Virus record (IMG/VR): IMGVR_UViG_3300018050_001983
Location: 1 to 25,708 of that record
Length of the DNA stretch: 25,708 nucleotides
Strand: one strand, 5' to 3'
Origin: a virus
Taxonomy: Duplodnaviria > Caudoviricetes
Shown: positions 22,752 to 25,708 of the stretch, piece after piece
How the letters are laid out: each line of letters begins with the position of its first letter
Position numbering within the stretch: the stretch's first letter is position 1
The notes under the pieces: model-generated
The model's database searches: none
Told to the model about the DNA's origin: nothing
Seen by the model: only the letters and a program-made list of their open reading frames with translations
Position numbers and translations under genes: made by a program

Positions 22752-23549
22752 ATGACTAAAAAAACTCCAGAACAGTCATTAGAAGAAATGTTTAGACGGG
22801 ATAAAGCTAGTGCTTTTCCTCATAAGTCAGCTTATACGATATGGAGAGATGAATTTTATGAGAGAAAACAAGAGTATGAAAATTTTCGTAAATTTAATAG
22901 ATGGTTTGATCCTAGTTGGACACTTCCCGAACATGTAGATAAAATTAATAAACTATTTCTTAAATACTTTCCTAGTCATAAAATTGTAATTACTGACAGG
23001 AATGAAGGTGTGCCTGTACATTTAAATGCAAGTAGATCAAATCGTGCATGGGATTGGAAAAAGTGGCAAACATGGAGTTATACTATTGGAGTACCTTTTA
23101 ATTTAAATGATTATAATGATGATGTATATTTAATATACTCTGATTTTATTAAAGATGAGTTACTACAAAATACAACATTTAGAACAATCCAAACATTTTG
23201 TACAGAATATGGAAATCGTCCAGAAAAGCTTAAAATTATACCTGCCAAACCATTTACTAGGTTAAGTTTTCCTAGTTCTAAAATTTTACATGGAGTATGT
23301 GCGTCTTCTACTATTTTTGTATGGATGTTTAGTGACATGGAGTATATATCTAACCCACCTCATAACCATATAGATCATAAGGTTATATCTAATATAAATG
23401 AAATAGATATTGATATGAAAAAAATTTCTGATATGACTAGCACAGAAGTAAATCTTACAAGATATCAATTTATGTCTGACTTAGATTATTATATTAAATA
23501 TCAAGCTCCATTGGGGCAGTATGACTACATTCCTCCTAATTTAGAATGA
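22752..23549 (+). CDS. Hypothetical protein (possible cupin/oxygenase fold)
   Basis: 265-aa ORF; PVHLN...FPSSKILHGV pattern weakly suggests a double-stranded beta-helix. Confidence 0.55.
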   Translation: MTKKTPEQSLEEMFRRDKASAFPHKSAYTIWRDEFYERKQEYENFRKFNRWFDPSWTLPEHVDKINKLFLKYFPSHKIVITDRNEGVPVHLNASRSNRAWDWKKWQTWSYTIGVPFNLNDYNDDVYLIYSDFIKDELLQNTTFRTIQTFCTEYGNRPEKLKIIPAKPFTRLSFPSSKILHGVCASSTIFVWMFSDMEYISNPPHNHIDHKVISNINEIDIDMKKISDMTSTEVNLTRYQFMSDLDYYIKYQAPLGQYDYIPPNLE

Positions 23550-24196
23550 CAGAAGCAACCGAAACAACAATTATTTTAAATGATTTTGAGGAAGTACGGA
23601 TGTATATATTACTAACTTACGATCCTTCAGATGTTAATACATTAAAAATGTTATTTGATATTTGTAAGATAGCAGAAGTTGACCCATCTAATACTATTCC
23701 ACATTGTTTTAGCACTAATTACCATGACAATACTGCAAGTATCATTTATCAATTTATACATAATAAATTAAGTATAATTATAGTTGAATCCAAAGGGGAG
23801 TATGCTACCATGGCATGGTCCAAATTTAATGATATTATAGTTGCTCCAAGACGAGTTTATAAAACAAAAGGTCTTCGAAATACAGATATTATAATGAAAT
23901 TTGCAATGCCATGGGTAGAGAAAAAATATAATAAAGTTGCAAAATATATTGTGTCTAGTTTTAATAATACTAAGCACGGAAAACTTCAATACAATATTTT
24001 TAAAACAAAAAAATTCTTTAAAACACATTTTAAGTCAAACATATCCTTTCTAGACTATTATCCTCTTAGTGATAGTCCTGTAAATTTTTTTGGCACTGAG
24101 CAATTTCTAATATATAAAAAACTAGGGCAACAGAACGATTTAACTTTTTCCTATATAGAAGAAACTATAAATTCTACTTCACATCAAATTCAATAA
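23546..24196 (+). CDS. Hypothetical protein
   Basis: 216-aa ORF with ATGA overlap. Confidence 0.65.
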   Translation: MTEATETTIILNDFEEVRMYILLTYDPSDVNTLKMLFDICKIAEVDPSNTIPHCFSTNYHDNTASIIYQFIHNKLSIIIVESKGEYATMAWSKFNDIIVAPRRVYKTKGLRNTDIIMKFAMPWVEKKYNKVAKYIVSSFNNTKHGKLQYNIFKTKKFFKTHFKSNISFLDYYPLSDSPVNFFGTEQFLIYKKLGQQNDLTFSYIEETINSTSHQIQ

Positions 24197-24210
24197 AAGG
24201 GACTTTCTAA

Positions 24211-25143
24211 ATGAACGATTTTATCAATGAGCACTACACAGAAATATCAGAAACCTCGCAAAAAAATAAAATAACACCGGTATTTGGTAAAAACCCAATA
24301 CATAATGTTGGATACGAATACACAAACCTTGATCTAAAATCAATGTCTTCTGATCAAATTATGGAATTCGGAAAAAATATTATTAGGGACAATGTTATCT
24401 TATTAAGAAATCAAGATCTAGATAATCCGGATGATATTTATAGGGTAGCTACTTCTATTGGTAGAGTCATGCCTGCAAAACAATTTTATAATGTAGAAAC
24501 ACATCCAGGCTTAGGTAGAGTAACAAATGAGCGTGACAGTGATGGAAAAAAAATAGGAATTTTTGCTGATAAAGAACTTGATTGGCATAGCAATGGAAAT
24601 AATAGAGAGACCGGAAAAGAATGTTGTGTAATACTGTATTGTGTGAAGCCTGGCCTTAATAGTATAACAAGTTTTGCAGATACCCGTAGAGCCTATCAAG
24701 AGCTTCCCGGTGATATAAAAGAAATAGTGGACGACATAGACTGCGTTTTTCAATTTAAAAATAATACTTTTTACAACTTAGATGAAAATGATCAGGAACT
24801 TGAGTTTTTTGATAACAGACATCTTTATCCAGAGGGACTTGTAAAACCATTGGTTTATACACATCCATATAGCAGTGAAAAAGGACTATATTTTACTTTT
24901 CATAGTATTACTAAAATGTGGCGTAGAAATGGGAAACCACTAGACGAAAATTGGTTGCGGTCATATTTAATGAATCATGTATTTCAAGAAAAATACATCT
25001 ATCATCACAGTGATTGGCGAAACGGCGATATAATTTTTATGGATCAATTTCACAGTATTCATAAAAGAAATGAAGTTCAAGGTGATAGATTTTTATGGCG
25101 TATAACAATTGATTATCGTAAAAGTATTAGAAAAAGTATCTAA
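24211..25143 (+). CDS. TauD/TfdA-family dioxygenase
   Basis: VILLRNQDL, LDWHSNG, TSFADT..AY..LP, KPLVYTHP, W..GDIIFMDQ...IHKR...R.LWR. Confidence 0.85.
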   Translation: MNDFINEHYTEISETSQKNKITPVFGKNPIHNVGYEYTNLDLKSMSSDQIMEFGKNIIRDNVILLRNQDLDNPDDIYRVATSIGRVMPAKQFYNVETHPGLGRVTNERDSDGKKIGIFADKELDWHSNGNNRETGKECCVILYCVKPGLNSITSFADTRRAYQELPGDIKEIVDDIDCVFQFKNNTFYNLDENDQELEFFDNRHLYPEGLVKPLVYTHPYSSEKGLYFTFHSITKMWRRNGKPLDENWLRSYLMNHVFQEKYIYHHSDWRNGDIIFMDQFHSIHKRNEVQGDRFLWRITIDYRKSIRKSI

Positions 25144-25145
25144 AA

Positions 25146-25708
25146 ATGTCTCCTCATGTAATTATTTTTGCTGATAGAGCACCAGATGGAAGACATAGGT
25201 TTGGTAGTAAAATTAATAGTATAAGATATACATATTCTGCAGGTGCGTTTAAAATTGCTAGCGTACTAAGACAATCTGGATTTTCTGTTCTTGTTGTTTA
25301 TAGTTGTCTTAATCTAAGTTTTTCAGCAATAACCAAAATAATAAATGATAATAGCAAAAATTTGTTATGGGTAGGAATTTCTACTTCATTACTTCAGGCA
25401 CACGCTACTGATTATACACCATATAGAGAAAAATGGCGTAGTGAGGAAAATTATTTTGTTGACCCTTCTTTGTTATTTCAAACTGTGTTCAATTCTAAAC
25501 GAGTAACTTTTCAAATGCCCTGGGCAGATATAGAAATAGAAATGATAAGTAAGTTGTTAGCTCAATTTAAGATACCGCTATTGCTTGGGGGGTCACATGT
25601 GACGCAAGTGATTAACGGGGGTATGAAAAAACTTCACTTCAACACACATATTATTCGTGGCAATGCAGAATCATATATTAAAGAATTTACATTAATGCTT
25701 GCTAAAAA
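25146..25708 (+). CDS. B12-binding radical SAM-type protein, N-terminal part (3' partial)
   Basis: Open to the window end, so absent from the track; AGAFKIASVLRQSGF.V.V, VGISTS, LLLGGSHV, IIRGNAE are B12-binding-domain motifs. The CxxxCxxC motif is not within the window. Confidence 0.7.
   Translation, partial: MSPHVIIFADRAPDGRHRFGSKINSIRYTYSAGAFKIASVLRQSGFSVLVVYSCLNLSFSAITKIINDNSKNLLWVGISTSLLQAHATDYTPYREKWRSEENYFVDPSLLFQTVFNSKRVTFQMPWADIEIEMISKLLAQFKIPLLLGGSHVTQVINGGMKKLHFNTHIIRGNAESYIKEFTLMLAK

Overview
AT-rich segment of a large T4-superfamily-like (jumbo) phage genome, read in the standard genetic code. 1-8.4 kb holds core genes: virion-type proteins, an HNH nuclease, terminase large subunit, gp32-type SSB, UvsX/RecA and UvsY. 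9.3-14.7 kb is an array of 24 tRNA genes covering 18 amino acids (no Ala or Val here). The array includes a tRNA-Leu(UAA) with a 210-nt group I intron, several structurally odd tRNAs, an inserted amidohydrolase, a DUF559-type putative homing endonuclease and unannotated structured RNAs. 15-16.5 kb has small early genes behind near-identical sigma70 promoters. 17.4-19.2 kb is an RNA-repair/ribosome-rescue unit (RNA ligase and GGQ peptidyl-tRNA hydrolase) led by a D-armless tRNA mimic. 19.2-25.7 kb is a run of auxiliary enzymes (2OG-Fe oxygenases, SDR, TauD-like, B12 radical SAM). The strongest candidate for a new system is a ribosome-coupled attenuator at 9935-10165. Its apparently leaderless 44-codon peptide uses 19 amino acids and 32 different codons, and it sits on mutually exclusive antiterminator/terminator hairpins ahead of most of the tRNA array. 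This would switch on phage tRNAs when almost any host tRNA is depleted. All calls were made by eye, without database searches.
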